This document shows positions 43,651-54,461 of a stretch of DNA of 64,000 nucleotides, in pieces. Positions within the stretch are counted from its first letter, which is position 1, and every line of letters starts with the position of its first letter. Below the pieces are notes generated by a model. That model saw nothing but the letters and a program-made list of their open reading frames with translations. It was not told the origin of the DNA and ran no database searches. This stretch comes from a virus. The position numbers and the translations under genes are program-made. The stretch is from the IMG/VR virus record IMGVR_UViG_3300045988_162215. One strand, given 5' to 3'.

Positions 43651-45891
43651 ATGAATTATATGTTAGATAAAGATTTTTTAAAGCAATTAGATGAAGATAA
43701 TTTAAAACAATGCTATATTAAAATAGAGGTTTTAGATTCAGAAGAAAAACCTATTAGCGATATTGTCGGTAGAGTATCTACTGGCAATATCAATATAAAT
43801 GGTTCTTCTTCATTAAGAAGAACTGCTAGTTTAACTTTTGTAGCTGATGAGGTGGACAATGATTTAACAGATGTCGATAATCTATTATCTATAAGTAAAA
43901 GAATTGCTTTATATGTCGGATTTGAAAATAATATAGATTTAAAGTATGATGATATTATTTGGTTTAAACAAGGAATCTTTTTAATTCAACAACCAAGTAT
44001 TTCTCATAATTTAGGTAGTGTGACTATTTCATTAAGCTTACAAGATAAAATGTGCTTACTTAATGGTACAATGGGCGGCGGGCTGCCTACTAGTATCACG
44101 TTCCATGAGTATGATCAGCTGGATAGTGAGGGGAACGTAACCGCACTGCCGCAGTTAATATTTGATATCATTCAGACTCTTGTTGTAAATTATGGTGGAG
44201 AGAGTATATCTAATGTTTATATTACAGATATTCCGAGAGAGCTAAAACAAATTGTGCATTGGCAAGGCTCTAAAACACTATATTTTAATACAGAAGATAG
44301 TCATTTTACAACAGATTCAAACGAAGTTACTTCAAGCAAAACTCCTGCGGTTTGGAAGACCTATGAAGCTGGGGATGAAATAGGTTATACTTATACTTTA
44401 TTTACATATCCTGGCGAATTAGTTTCAAATATTGGAGATAATGTTTGTACTATTCTCGATACTATTGTTAGTACGTTAGGTAATTATGAATATTTTTATG
44501 ATGTAGATGGACATTTTATTTTTCAAGAAAAGAAAAATTATTTGAATACATCATATGATGAATTAACTATTGATGAAAGTGGATTACTTTCTTATAATCC
44601 ATATCAGTTAGCTAATTATGGACGAAAAAATGAAGATGGAAGTTTTACTTCAAGTGCAGATAACAATATTTATTTAATAAATAATAAAAATTATCAAGTA
44701 GATTTTAGTAGCAACAGTAAAGTTGAATATGAATTTAACACAAATAATGGCTTAATTACTTCCATTAGCAATACTCCAAGTTATGAAAATATAAAGAATG
44801 ATTATCATATTTGGGGAAAGACTGATAATGATATTGCAATTCATTATCATGTTGCAATTAAAGAAAAACCAAGTGAATTAAATTATTATGCAGTTAGATT
44901 TTTACGAGATGACCAAGATTCTACTAAATATTCTGGTAAAATACAAGTTCTTGATGGAGCAAAAAATTTAGAAGATGTTAAGATAGATAACGAAATTTTG
45001 AGTTTTATTGCAAAAGATGATACTCCTCAAGAAAATAGAAGAGAAGCTATTAAAAATGAAGAAAATGAATTTTATACAGTAGATACAAAATCTTTAGATA
45101 AAGTTGAAAATAAATCAATTTGGTCTATAACTAAAAGTGATATTTATATTTATCAACCACAAGACTGGCGTGTTGAATTATGTTTTAGAGGAATGTATAA
45201 AAATATGCGTCAAATCAGACCAGATATTTATGAACAAGAGCTTATGGATTTGTTGAATTTAATATATGATTTTACTGCTTATAATGAAGAAACACAATCA
45301 TATGGTAAGTATAAATTTGATATATTAAATAAACCAAATCATTTACCATATTTTATTGATTTTATTGAGCCTTCAACCGCAATGGGAACTTATTCAGTTG
45401 ACTCTATTGGACCTAGAATACTATCTCATCAAGAAGATAAAATCAATAAAATATATAATCTTGATATACCAGATATTGTTATTATCAATAAAGATGATGA
45501 TGAAATTGGTTATGATGAATATGGTAAAGAACTTAAAAATGAAGAGGGTGTATCTATAACATTTGCTGATTATTTAAGAGATAAGTGTGGAAAAGAAGGT
45601 CAAGCTATTTCTCAGGTAGATAAAAATATTTATAGCAATATTGAAATGAACTCTTCTGGTTATACTGCTCTTGAGACTTTTAGAGATTTGTTATATCAAA
45701 ATACAAGTTTTGCTGAAACAATATCTATTTCTTCTATTCCTATTTATTATTTAGATGTCAATAGAAGAATAACTGTTAATGATAAAGTAAGTGGCATTAG
45801 TGGTGATTATATTGTTAATAGCATTTCTTTACCTTTAAATGGACAACAAACTATGAGTATTAGCGCAAGTAGAGCATATGAGCGTATTTAG
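43651..45891 (+). CDS. hypothetical baseplate protein (746 aa)
   Basis: ATG 3 nt after the upstream stop. Confidence 0.5.
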   Translation: MNYMLDKDFLKQLDEDNLKQCYIKIEVLDSEEKPISDIVGRVSTGNININGSSSLRRTASLTFVADEVDNDLTDVDNLLSISKRIALYVGFENNIDLKYDDIIWFKQGIFLIQQPSISHNLGSVTISLSLQDKMCLLNGTMGGGLPTSITFHEYDQLDSEGNVTALPQLIFDIIQTLVVNYGGESISNVYITDIPRELKQIVHWQGSKTLYFNTEDSHFTTDSNEVTSSKTPAVWKTYEAGDEIGYTYTLFTYPGELVSNIGDNVCTILDTIVSTLGNYEYFYDVDGHFIFQEKKNYLNTSYDELTIDESGLLSYNPYQLANYGRKNEDGSFTSSADNNIYLINNKNYQVDFSSNSKVEYEFNTNNGLITSISNTPSYENIKNDYHIWGKTDNDIAIHYHVAIKEKPSELNYYAVRFLRDDQDSTKYSGKIQVLDGAKNLEDVKIDNEILSFIAKDDTPQENRREAIKNEENEFYTVDTKSLDKVENKSIWSITKSDIYIYQPQDWRVELCFRGMYKNMRQIRPDIYEQELMDLLNLIYDFTAYNEETQSYGKYKFDILNKPNHLPYFIDFIEPSTAMGTYSVDSIGPRILSHQEDKINKIYNLDIPDIVIINKDDDEIGYDEYGKELKNEEGVSITFADYLRDKCGKEGQAISQVDKNIYSNIEMNSSGYTALETFRDLLYQNTSFAETISISSIPIYYLDVNRRITVNDKVSGISGDYIVNSISLPLNGQQTMSISASRAYERI

Positions 45892-45959
45892 GTCATATTA
45901 CTTTAATTTGCTAATATGTTTTATTATTTATTATAAATAAGAGAAAAAGGAGTTTAATA

Positions 45960-47606
45960 ATGGAGGAAGTTTCACAGGTAAAACTAGAAGGCTCTCTTTA
46001 TAATGTTAGAGACGAGCAAGCTAGAAAAACAATGATAAGTCGAACAAACCCTGTTATTGAAGGCTCGCTTAGTGTCAATAGAAAAGAAGAAACTGCGGTT
46101 GGCAATAATAGTGTTACTTTGAATACTAATAATAGCGCGACCGGGGAAGGCGCTACAGCGACTGGATTTGAGACTAACGCGTCTGGAGATTATTCTTTTA
46201 CTCAGAATTTTCAAACTATAGCTTCAGGCAGTGGATCTCATGCAGAGGGATATAAATGTGAAGCTAGTGGAGATTATTCTCATGCAGAAGGATGGATTAC
46301 AAAGTCTAAAGAAGTAGCTTCACATAGTGAAGGATATTTAACCAATACAACTGGGCTTTATGCACACGCGGAAGGGTCATCAACAATAGCAAGTGGACAA
46401 AGTTCGCATACAGAAGGTAGCGGCGCGGTCGCCGCTGGTCACTACTCACATGCTGAGGGTATAGATACTAAAGTAGGCGAAACCGCAGCAAATGGTACAG
46501 TAAGTGGAGAAACAACAGGTAGCCAAGAGATAATCAAAAAAGATGAATTAAATCTTGCAATTCTTGGCGGACACGCGGAAGGTGTACAAACTAAAGTTCT
46601 TAGCTCAGGCTGCCATGCAGAGGGCGTTGAAACTCAGGCTGGTGGAGTCGTTGAAGTGGGCGATGCCGCGAAGCAACAATTAGGATGTCATGCAGAAGGT
46701 TATAGAACTATAGCTGGATATGATTATCAGACTGTTTGTGGTTTTTATAATGATAATAAAAATACAACAATTTTTGAAGTTGGTAATGGCGTTATGGAAC
46801 AAAGAAATAATGCCTTTGAAGTTTATAAGAATGGTGATGCTAAGATTCATGGTAATCTTTATATAGATGTCGGCAAAGGTGAATCTGGTCAAATGAATTT
46901 AAGAGATTTATTAAAAGATATTAAACAAAATAACTTTTATATCTCTTATCATAATAATGAAACATTTGATGCATTACATGAACCAATTATGGATACTTTA
47001 ACCGCGGATAGTGATTTATCAAACTTAACCGCAGGTGGATTTGATTTAGACAATTTAGTAGGAATAACTAGAGCAGATATTTATAAATTATTTGATGGAA
47101 AAGAAGATACTTCAATTTCTTTACCTGATTCTAATTTTAGTTTAATATTTAACTTTAATGAGGAAGTTCAAATAGATATGGTAAAATTTGTGGTGTCTAG
47201 TACGGGTAATGGTATTCCAGTTTTACAAACTTGGAATCCAGACCTTGGGATCTGGGTGGATGCCGCAGATGCTTTTATAAATACCTCTAAAGTTACGACT
47301 ATTGTTAAATATGTAAACCACATTCCTACATCTAAGTTTAGATTAACTTCACATTCTGATTCTGCTTTTAATTTATATGATTTACAAATTTATGGTACTT
47401 CAATTAAGGGTAGAGTTTATAAGAAGGTAGAAGATAGATTAAGTTCTTATGATTTAGATGTTCAATTTTATGATACAGAAGTTTCTGAATCTGATTATAA
47501 AGCTAATTTATCTTACTATAATACAGACAATGATGATAGTGCATATAATGCATTGGTTAGTTTATATAATACAACAATAAAGACCGAGGAAGGAGAAAGT
47601 AACTAA
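45960..47606 (+). CDS. tail fibre protein with SHAEG repeats
   Basis: Repeats SHAEGY / SHAEGW / AHAEGS / SHTEGS / GHAEGV / CHAEGV / CHAEGY and a C-terminal ...FEVGNG...NAFEVYKNGDAKIHGNLYIDVG segment typical of fibre repeat proteins. Confidence 0.55.
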   Translation: MEEVSQVKLEGSLYNVRDEQARKTMISRTNPVIEGSLSVNRKEETAVGNNSVTLNTNNSATGEGATATGFETNASGDYSFTQNFQTIASGSGSHAEGYKCEASGDYSHAEGWITKSKEVASHSEGYLTNTTGLYAHAEGSSTIASGQSSHTEGSGAVAAGHYSHAEGIDTKVGETAANGTVSGETTGSQEIIKKDELNLAILGGHAEGVQTKVLSSGCHAEGVETQAGGVVEVGDAAKQQLGCHAEGYRTIAGYDYQTVCGFYNDNKNTTIFEVGNGVMEQRNNAFEVYKNGDAKIHGNLYIDVGKGESGQMNLRDLLKDIKQNNFYISYHNNETFDALHEPIMDTLTADSDLSNLTAGGFDLDNLVGITRADIYKLFDGKEDTSISLPDSNFSLIFNFNEEVQIDMVKFVVSSTGNGIPVLQTWNPDLGIWVDAADAFINTSKVTTIVKYVNHIPTSKFRLTSHSDSAFNLYDLQIYGTSIKGRVYKKVEDRLSSYDLDVQFYDTEVSESDYKANLSYYNTDNDDSAYNALVSLYNTTIKTEEGESN

Positions 47607-48283
47607 TGTCTATTTTTAACAAAACTATAAGCTGTACAATAAATAATTTACCGAAAGAGTTTGAGACTCTTGTTACACAATGGGCAACAAATAAAAATGG
47701 TAATATGGCTTGTACAGTTAGTGAAACTACTTGTTCTTTGACTATTGATGAAGATGTATGTACTTTTTCTTTTCCAACTACTGGAAACTATAGTGGCTCA
47801 TATCAATGGAGCATTACAATTTGTGATGCTCCAGACTATGAGTGTTGTACTATTTTAAATAGAGAAAGTTTTAGTGGCATTGATGGTAACAATACAAGCA
47901 GTGCAGACCAAAGATATAATTTAATTATTTGTAAATACAATGGTGCTTTAAAATGCTTAAATTCTGTGTCTGTAGATGGTTTTAGTTTAAGTGATTTATT
48001 TAATATACCAAAAGGTAGATATAATATTTCTTCTATAAATGATGTTTATATTACAAGAGCATTAGTTAATTCTAATTTAGCATCAGCTAATATAATTAAT
48101 ATTTCAGATAATTTATATTTATCTACAAATTTAATAAATGTTGGTGTAAAAACAATAGTTAAAAGTAAAGAAGATACAAGTAAGCAATTTATAAATATTG
48201 GTGGAGTTTTTTATTTGCCATATTCTTCAAGTATTTTAACCATTAGTGCTAAAGAACCAAGTGCGGAATCTACAACTGAATAG
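47606..48283 (+). CDS. RBP-family paralog (short form, 225 aa)
   Basis: Shares the DNLYLSTNL...KQFINIGGVFYLPYS module with the three downstream genes. Confidence 0.5.
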   Translation: MSIFNKTISCTINNLPKEFETLVTQWATNKNGNMACTVSETTCSLTIDEDVCTFSFPTTGNYSGSYQWSITICDAPDYECCTILNRESFSGIDGNNTSSADQRYNLIICKYNGALKCLNSVSVDGFSLSDLFNIPKGRYNISSINDVYITRALVNSNLASANIINISDNLYLSTNLINVGVKTIVKSKEDTSKQFINIGGVFYLPYSSSILTISAKEPSAESTTE

Positions 48284-48313
48284 GGGCTTTTAAAATAAGC
48301 CCCATTTATTTTG
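48283..48313 (+). terminator. intrinsic terminator between the short and long RBP paralogs
   Basis: ggggcttttaaaataagccccatttatttt. Confidence 0.65.
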
Positions 48314-48332
48314 AGAAAAAGGAGGAGAAGAA

Positions 48333-49820
48333 TTGGCTTTATTTTATTTCACTATAGGAGTGTCAGATAATACATTTTCATTAAAAGAAAAACTAGAAAA
48401 AATTAGATATGAAGGAGCAAATATTTCATATACTATTATATCTTCATCACATGTAATTTTAAAAATAAATGAAATTGAATTAAATGTTCAATATGAACTA
48501 TCTAAATCTTCAATAGCACAATATTTTTGGTATTTATGTGATGCTTATAATCAAGAGAGTCTAATTATTTTATGTGATTCTCCAAATGTAAATGAGAATG
48601 GTAAAACAGGCACTTTTGGTCTTTCTACATATAATAGAGCATATTTTAGATATAAAGAAAAAATGATTGAAGTACCTTTAAAAGAAGATACTTTTTCAGA
48701 TAGATTTAATTTAATAAAAGGTAATTTTAATACTTTTGATGATGAAACTATAGGCAACAATCTTATTACAAGCAAATGTACTTTTAATAGTGGTAGTAAT
48801 ATTGATAATGGAGAAATTATTTCTATAGATAATTTATATGTTTCAGCTGGTTTACAAGATATAGATTTTAGAACTATTATAAAAGATTCTAAAGGAAATG
48901 CTTTTATAAATATTGGTGGAATTTTTTATGCTAATAATGTTGATTATATAGTTGCAGATAGTACATGTCCAAATTTGATTCTTGTACCAGATGGTAGAAT
49001 CAAATATGAATGGAATGCTAATACCGAAATTACAAATGATATTTGGTTAAATACTGAAAAAACAGCAAGTATTAAGCTTGGTACGAATTATAGATATGAG
49101 GTTAAAAATAACAGCTTTTTTATGAAACAAGCTGGCCATTCTACCTCTATAAAATTATCTTTGCCTGATGACGTAAATGGTTTTACTTTTTATTCTATTC
49201 TTAGATGTTATAATGTACATGGTGTAAATGATTATTCATATGAATTACCAGGTTTGGAAATAGGAAATAATGAGCAAGAGCGTTGTGTAATTGCTCCTCG
49301 GCATGGAGAAAGATATTCTTCAAGGAATATTCTTAATAACAATGATGACAAATTAGGTTTGTTTACTGCTGAAAAAACGAATATTAAAAACACTAGTTCT
49401 AACTATCCTCGTTTTATTTTTCCTTCTTATGATGAAATAAATCACTTTGTTAATGACCAATATTTTTATACTTTTGGTTTAGATATTTCAAATATTCCTT
49501 TATTACTTTATGTTTTTAGATGTTCAAAAAGTAAAAATTTATCTTACAATAATCCTCCAAGGTTTTCTGTTTTTGTTAAAGATAAAAAATTTTATGATAA
49601 TTTATTAACTCCTTATTCAATAAATGAACCAGAGAAATCTTCAATAATTGATTTAAAAAATATAAATATTGTCACAAGTAGTCAAACAATAGGAATACCA
49701 AAAACCTATGGAGAAATTAAATATATAGGTCTTCAACCAAGTGGAGATATAAGTGATGAAGAAATACTTGAAAATATGCAATATTTAACAAAAAAGTTTA
49801 AATTAGATAAGGAGGTATAA
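48333..49820 (+). CDS. RBP-like paralog 1 (495 aa)
   Basis: TTG start after SD aaggagg; conserved N-terminus, (Y/F)W(Y/F)LCD..(Y/N)(Q/E).(L/I)I.L(C/Y)(D/N)S, KCTFN.G.NI..GE...DNLYVS....FINIGGIFY, conserved C-terminal tail SDEEILENMQYLTKKF. Confidence 0.55.
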   Translation: MALFYFTIGVSDNTFSLKEKLEKIRYEGANISYTIISSSHVILKINEIELNVQYELSKSSIAQYFWYLCDAYNQESLIILCDSPNVNENGKTGTFGLSTYNRAYFRYKEKMIEVPLKEDTFSDRFNLIKGNFNTFDDETIGNNLITSKCTFNSGSNIDNGEIISIDNLYVSAGLQDIDFRTIIKDSKGNAFINIGGIFYANNVDYIVADSTCPNLILVPDGRIKYEWNANTEITNDIWLNTEKTASIKLGTNYRYEVKNNSFFMKQAGHSTSIKLSLPDDVNGFTFYSILRCYNVHGVNDYSYELPGLEIGNNEQERCVIAPRHGERYSSRNILNNNDDKLGLFTAEKTNIKNTSSNYPRFIFPSYDEINHFVNDQYFYTFGLDISNIPLLLYVFRCSKSKNLSYNNPPRFSVFVKDKKFYDNLLTPYSINEPEKSSIIDLKNINIVTSSQTIGIPKTYGEIKYIGLQPSGDISDEEILENMQYLTKKFKLDKEV

Positions 49821-49823
49821 TAG

Positions 49824-51170
49824 ATGGGCTTATATAAATTTAGTATCGCGGCAGCCGCGTCTCCTAGTGATATTGAAGCTAAGATTACTAGTGTCAGAGG
49901 ACAAGGTGCGAATATTTACTTACACAGCATTGTAGATATAGGTAACTTAAATTTATCAATAAATAATAAAAATGTTACAATAAATTATGATTTGATTGGA
50001 ACAAAACAAAATAGTTTATTTAATTGGTATATTTGTGATACAGTTGGATATGAAACTATTATTATTCTATATAACTCAGGAACTGAATCAGATAGCACAT
50101 TTGGTTTAGCTAACTATAACCGAATTTATTTCAATGTGAAGAACCAACTGGTGTCAAACCCAAAGATCTCAGCGACGCTAGCCGCGCAATTCAATGTTCT
50201 TAGAGGACGATTTGATTCATATGAATCAGATAGTGGCGATGATGATGTAATTATGTTAACTAAGTGTGTCTATAATAATGGATCTAATATCGAAACAGGA
50301 GAAGCTATTGTTACAGATAATCTTTATGTTTCAACTAATTTAAGGTCAACTTCATTTAAGACTATTGTTAAAGATGAAGATGGCAAGCAATTTATAAATG
50401 TTGGTGGAATTTTTTATTTACCTTATAGTGAAGAAATTATTTATCCTAGCTGGAGTCCAAATCAATTAGTCTTGCCAGCTGGAGCCGTAGACTATGAATG
50501 GAATCCCGCAACAGCAATTATAACAGAAAATGTTAGATGGTATGATAAAACCAATATCAATTACCTTACATACTATGTGAGTTCTGGTCCAGCTTTTTTC
50601 CCATATTATCAAAAAAATAAAGAAGATTTTTCTTTAGACATAAGAGGTGGTACGACCAGTTCTACTTATGGAATGACTCTTAAAGATAATGGCGATAAAA
50701 ATAGAGTTTATTATATTGTTGGAAAACCATTAAATAGCCCTAACACAAATACAGGATTTTTATATTGTTATGATACAAGTAGCGCCATTCATTGGCCTAA
50801 TACCTCCAATCCTGATGGTATTATGATGAGAAGAGAAGATCAAACAATAAAAATAAAATATAGAGATCGCAATGTTAGCCTTTTATACCAATATGTAGAT
50901 TATCCAGAAGAAAAATTGATTGTTTTTGCTATAAAAGCATCTCCACCATCTTTTTATGATAGCACCTATCTTTCTGAATTAAGTTGTTATTTTAATGGAA
51001 ATAAAAAAATAGAATGTTCTTTTCAAGATAATATTGTACTTAAACCAGAAAGAGGTATTTCTCTTGCATGGATGTCTTTAAAATTTTTTGCAATAGTAGA
51101 TCACGATCAGACATCTGAAGAAATAATTAAAACTTCTCAATTACTTATGGATAAATTTGATATACATTAA
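49824..51170 (+). CDS. RBP-like paralog 2 (448 aa)
   Basis: SD aaggagg + ATG; same conserved N-terminus and FINVGGIFYLPYS module; C-terminal tail TSEEIIKTSQLLMDKF. Confidence 0.55.
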   Translation: MGLYKFSIAAAASPSDIEAKITSVRGQGANIYLHSIVDIGNLNLSINNKNVTINYDLIGTKQNSLFNWYICDTVGYETIIILYNSGTESDSTFGLANYNRIYFNVKNQLVSNPKISATLAAQFNVLRGRFDSYESDSGDDDVIMLTKCVYNNGSNIETGEAIVTDNLYVSTNLRSTSFKTIVKDEDGKQFINVGGIFYLPYSEEIIYPSWSPNQLVLPAGAVDYEWNPATAIITENVRWYDKTNINYLTYYVSSGPAFFPYYQKNKEDFSLDIRGGTTSSTYGMTLKDNGDKNRVYYIVGKPLNSPNTNTGFLYCYDTSSAIHWPNTSNPDGIMMRREDQTIKIKYRDRNVSLLYQYVDYPEEKLIVFAIKASPPSFYDSTYLSELSCYFNGNKKIECSFQDNIVLKPERGISLAWMSLKFFAIVDHDQTSEEIIKTSQLLMDKFDIH

Positions 51171-51183
51171 AGGAGGTTAAAAT

Positions 51184-52776
51184 ATGGCTTTATTTCAATT
51201 TAGTACATCAATTAGTACAACAGTTTCAGAATTAGCTGATAAATTAACCTCTTGGCAAGATAGCGGGGCTAGTATATCAGAAATTGCAATTTCTAATATC
51301 AATGATATAAGCTTTTTAATAAATGATAAATATTGTAATGTTAAATATAACATGTCTTCTTCTCAAAATGCAAACTATTATTGGTTTTTATGTGATAGTG
51401 TTGGATATGAAACTTTAATTGTTTTATGTGATTCTCCTATTGTTAATGAAAATGGATATAAAGGAAGTCTTGGGAATGCATTGTATAATGCAATTTATTT
51501 TTTACATAATGGTAGATTAGTAAGAAATCCTCAAATTGATGAACCTATATGTAGTCAATTTAATATTCCTAATGGACCTGTTGTTGAAAGTTCTGATAGA
51601 GTTATATTTACCAAATGTACTTTTAATAATGGTGTTAATATAGAAGTAGGCTCAAATGAGATAACTGATAAGTTATATGTATCAACAAATTTAGTTTCTG
51701 CTGGTTTTTTAACTGAAATTACAGGATCGGGGCAAAAATTTATAAATATTGGTGGAATATTTTATTTACCTTATAATAATGTTGTTTTAAGTTTGAGTAA
51801 ATATAAAAAAAGAAGTATTTTAAAAAATGCTGAAATAGAATTATGGGCAGGATGTTATGAGGATAATGAAAAAATATATGATAGAAAAGAAGAAAATACT
51901 TTTTATAAAAATATTCGTAATAATATAAAAATAGTTCCAGATGGTAATATGGAAATGGGATATATTCAGTTACCAAGTGGAGATTCTTTATATTTAAAAA
52001 GTGATACACCTTTCTTTTTTAATAAAACTATTTATATGGTAGTTTATAATAAAAATTCTTTTATCCATAGTAATGTTGGTAGTAATAGAAGTGCTTATTC
52101 AAATAATATAATTGCTTGTGGAGAAGAAATCTATCATTCTACTTCTACTAGTAAGTATCCTCCTTATTTTCCTCGATGTTTTAGTTTAAATACAGTTGAT
52201 AAGCCTATCTTTGGAACGTCTCAATATTCAGGTCATGAAAAAAATGGATATTTATTATTGTCTTGGAAAAGTAAATCTTATGGTGCTTTAGGAACTCAAG
52301 TTGTTAGTAAATTAAATCAACATATATTAGATTATTATAATAATGAAAATAGAGAATATTATTATGATTATGGTAATAATATAATGTCAATGACTTGGCA
52401 AGTTATGAAGATGACTCCTAAAAAATATATATATGTTATAAAAACGCCTTTAAAAGAAGAGTACCCATATACTGCTTACATAAATAAAAATAAAATTAAT
52501 TCTTCTGAAAGTTTTTTCTTAAATAAAGATGAGGTAAATTCTTTTATTGGTAGTGGTTATTTATTAAAATCTTATTATTTAATGATAGGGGGTAATCAGT
52601 ATCATACTTTAAATACAAACAATCCTGGTTCTAATGACGACAGCGATAAACAAATAGATACTCCAGAATTAAAAATAGATTATTTTGGAATAGTAGAAGA
52701 ATCCCAGTCTGATGAAGAAATACAAAAAAATATTCAATATTTAGCTAAAAAATTTAATGTAGATCTAAATGATTAA
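51184..52776 (+). CDS. RBP-like paralog 3 (530 aa)
   Basis: SD aaggagg + ATG; same conserved modules; C-terminal tail SDEEIQKNIQYLAKKF; terminator 52776..52802 downstream. Confidence 0.55.
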   Translation: MALFQFSTSISTTVSELADKLTSWQDSGASISEIAISNINDISFLINDKYCNVKYNMSSSQNANYYWFLCDSVGYETLIVLCDSPIVNENGYKGSLGNALYNAIYFLHNGRLVRNPQIDEPICSQFNIPNGPVVESSDRVIFTKCTFNNGVNIEVGSNEITDKLYVSTNLVSAGFLTEITGSGQKFINIGGIFYLPYNNVVLSLSKYKKRSILKNAEIELWAGCYEDNEKIYDRKEENTFYKNIRNNIKIVPDGNMEMGYIQLPSGDSLYLKSDTPFFFNKTIYMVVYNKNSFIHSNVGSNRSAYSNNIIACGEEIYHSTSTSKYPPYFPRCFSLNTVDKPIFGTSQYSGHEKNGYLLLSWKSKSYGALGTQVVSKLNQHILDYYNNENREYYYDYGNNIMSMTWQVMKMTPKKYIYVIKTPLKEEYPYTAYINKNKINSSESFFLNKDEVNSFIGSGYLLKSYYLMIGGNQYHTLNTNNPGSNDDSDKQIDTPELKIDYFGIVEESQSDEEIQKNIQYLAKKFNVDLND

Positions 52777-52802
52777 AGCCCTCTCAGGAGGGCTCTTTTT
52801 TA
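52776..52802 (+). terminator. intrinsic terminator after RBP paralog 3
   Basis: aagccctctcaggagggctcttttttatt. Confidence 0.7.
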
Positions 52803-52973
52803 TTGTAACTAATTATTTTTTAATCTTACGTACTTTTTTTTCTTTATCTTCATAAAATAGCATCTCCTGCTAAATTTTAAATATTTCTCTTTGTCTCTGC
52901 TATCTCTCTAACAAAACTAGCTAATAGACATGCAGCTTTTTGGATATATTTATGACAGAAAGGAGGAAACTAA

Positions 52974-53360
52974 ATGTTTCAACCAAATGCATATTATTAT
53001 CCAAATCAGCCGCAACAGTCATACGCACCTAGACAGGTTCCATATGAGATGCCGCAACAGAATCTCTTGAAAGGAAGATTTGTTTCATCAATAGATGAAG
53101 TTAGAGCAGCTCAAGTTGATTTTGATGGAAGTATTTTTATTTTTCCAGATATGGCAAATAAAAAAATTTACACCAAACAAATCGACTTAAATGGTAATGT
53201 TAAATTAGAAGAATATGATTGGGTGCCTATTGAGAAAACCGCGGCAGTCGGTGATTTTGTCACTAAACAGGAATTTGAGGAAACTATGGCTAAAGTTAAA
53301 GAAGCTATTTCTCAAGCTGCACAGCCACAACCGCAAAGTAAAGAAGGGTTTAATTTTTAA
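52974..53360 (+). CDS. hypothetical Q/P-rich protein (128 aa)
   Basis: SD aaaggagg + ATG; N-terminal PNQPQQSYAPRQ low-complexity region. Confidence 0.45.
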   Translation: MFQPNAYYYPNQPQQSYAPRQVPYEMPQQNLLKGRFVSSIDEVRAAQVDFDGSIFIFPDMANKKIYTKQIDLNGNVKLEEYDWVPIEKTAAVGDFVTKQEFEETMAKVKEAISQAAQPQPQSKEGFNF

Positions 53361-53381
53361 ATAAGAAAGGAAGAAGAGAGA

Positions 53382-53633
53382 ATGCAAGGACAAGGTTTTA
53401 ATCCAATGCAAATTATTCAAGCAATTCAGAGTGGAGCAAATCCACAACAAATTACTATGAATATCCTCCAAGAAAAAATGGGACAGACCCCTATGGGACA
53501 AAATTTAATGCAATTAGCACAAATGGGAAATTCATCCCAGTTAATGCAGATTGCTAAGAATTTATCTAATCAAAAGGGTATCAATTTTGATAAAGAATTT
53601 ACCGCCTTTAAAAACAAAATAGGCGTTAAATAA
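53382..53633 (+). CDS. hypothetical Q/M-rich small protein (83 aa)
   Basis: SD aggaagaagagagaATG. Confidence 0.4.
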   Translation: MQGQGFNPMQIIQAIQSGANPQQITMNILQEKMGQTPMGQNLMQLAQMGNSSQLMQIAKNLSNQKGINFDKEFTAFKNKIGVK

Positions 53634-53659
53634 TATATATATTAAAGGAGGACATTCAT

Positions 53660-54448
53660 ATGTTCAATGGAAACACTAGTGGCTATTCATTAGCCGATAT
53701 CGCAGCCGCAACAGGCGGAAACGATAGAAACAATGGATGGGGAGAAGATTGTTGGTGGATCGTTCTTTTCATCTTAATTCTTGCCGGTGGAAATAACTGG
53801 GGTAATGGATTATTTGGTGGCAGAGATGCAACATCTTCTGGTATTACTGATGGTTATATCCTTACAACAGATTTTGCTAACATCGAAAGAAAGATTGATG
53901 GCGTAAACAATGGTATTTGTGATGGCTTTTATGCTATGAATACAGGTATGCTTAATGGTTTTAACTCATTAGGCAATGCTATTCAGGGTGCTCAGGCTGA
54001 TGTAACTGCTGCAATAAATGCAGATACAATAGCAAATATGCAGAATACAAATGCTATCACTAACCAACTTACTGGTATTGGTACACAGATCGCTCAATGC
54101 TGCTGCGACCAGAGATACGAGAGCGCAACTCAGTTTGCTAACTTAAACTATAATATTGCAGATCAGAGCTGTCAGACAAGACGTACTATTGCTGATTCTT
54201 CAAGAGATATTATAGCTAATCAAGACGCTAATACAAGAAGTATCTTAGACTTCTTAACACAAGACAAGATTGCTACTCTTACAGCTGAGAATCAGTCACT
54301 TAAATTTGCTGCTTCACAAGCTGCACAGAACACATATCTTGTAAATGCACTTAGCCCAGCTCCAGTTCCATCATATCAAGTTCCAAATCCTTATACAGGA
54401 ATGTATGGATATAGAGCATGCTGCAATACTTGCGGATGTACTGTATAG
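53660..54448 (+). CDS. Gly/Asn-rich membrane protein with C-terminal Cys clusters (262 aa)
   Basis: SD aaaggagg; TM helix WWIVLFILILAGG flanked by GGN/GNG repeats; Cys clusters QCCCDQRY, CQTRR, ACCNTCGCTV. Confidence 0.5.
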   Translation: MFNGNTSGYSLADIAAATGGNDRNNGWGEDCWWIVLFILILAGGNNWGNGLFGGRDATSSGITDGYILTTDFANIERKIDGVNNGICDGFYAMNTGMLNGFNSLGNAIQGAQADVTAAINADTIANMQNTNAITNQLTGIGTQIAQCCCDQRYESATQFANLNYNIADQSCQTRRTIADSSRDIIANQDANTRSILDFLTQDKIATLTAENQSLKFAASQAAQNTYLVNALSPAPVPSYQVPNPYTGMYGYRACCNTCGCTV

Positions 54449-54461
54449 GAGGTAAGTAACT

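Noticed and set aside
53660-54448. Calling the 262-aa Gly/Asn/Cys-rich membrane protein a holin or bacteriocin
   Set aside because: Its size and composition are atypical for holins, and no leader-peptide or processing motifs are evident. It is left as hypothetical.
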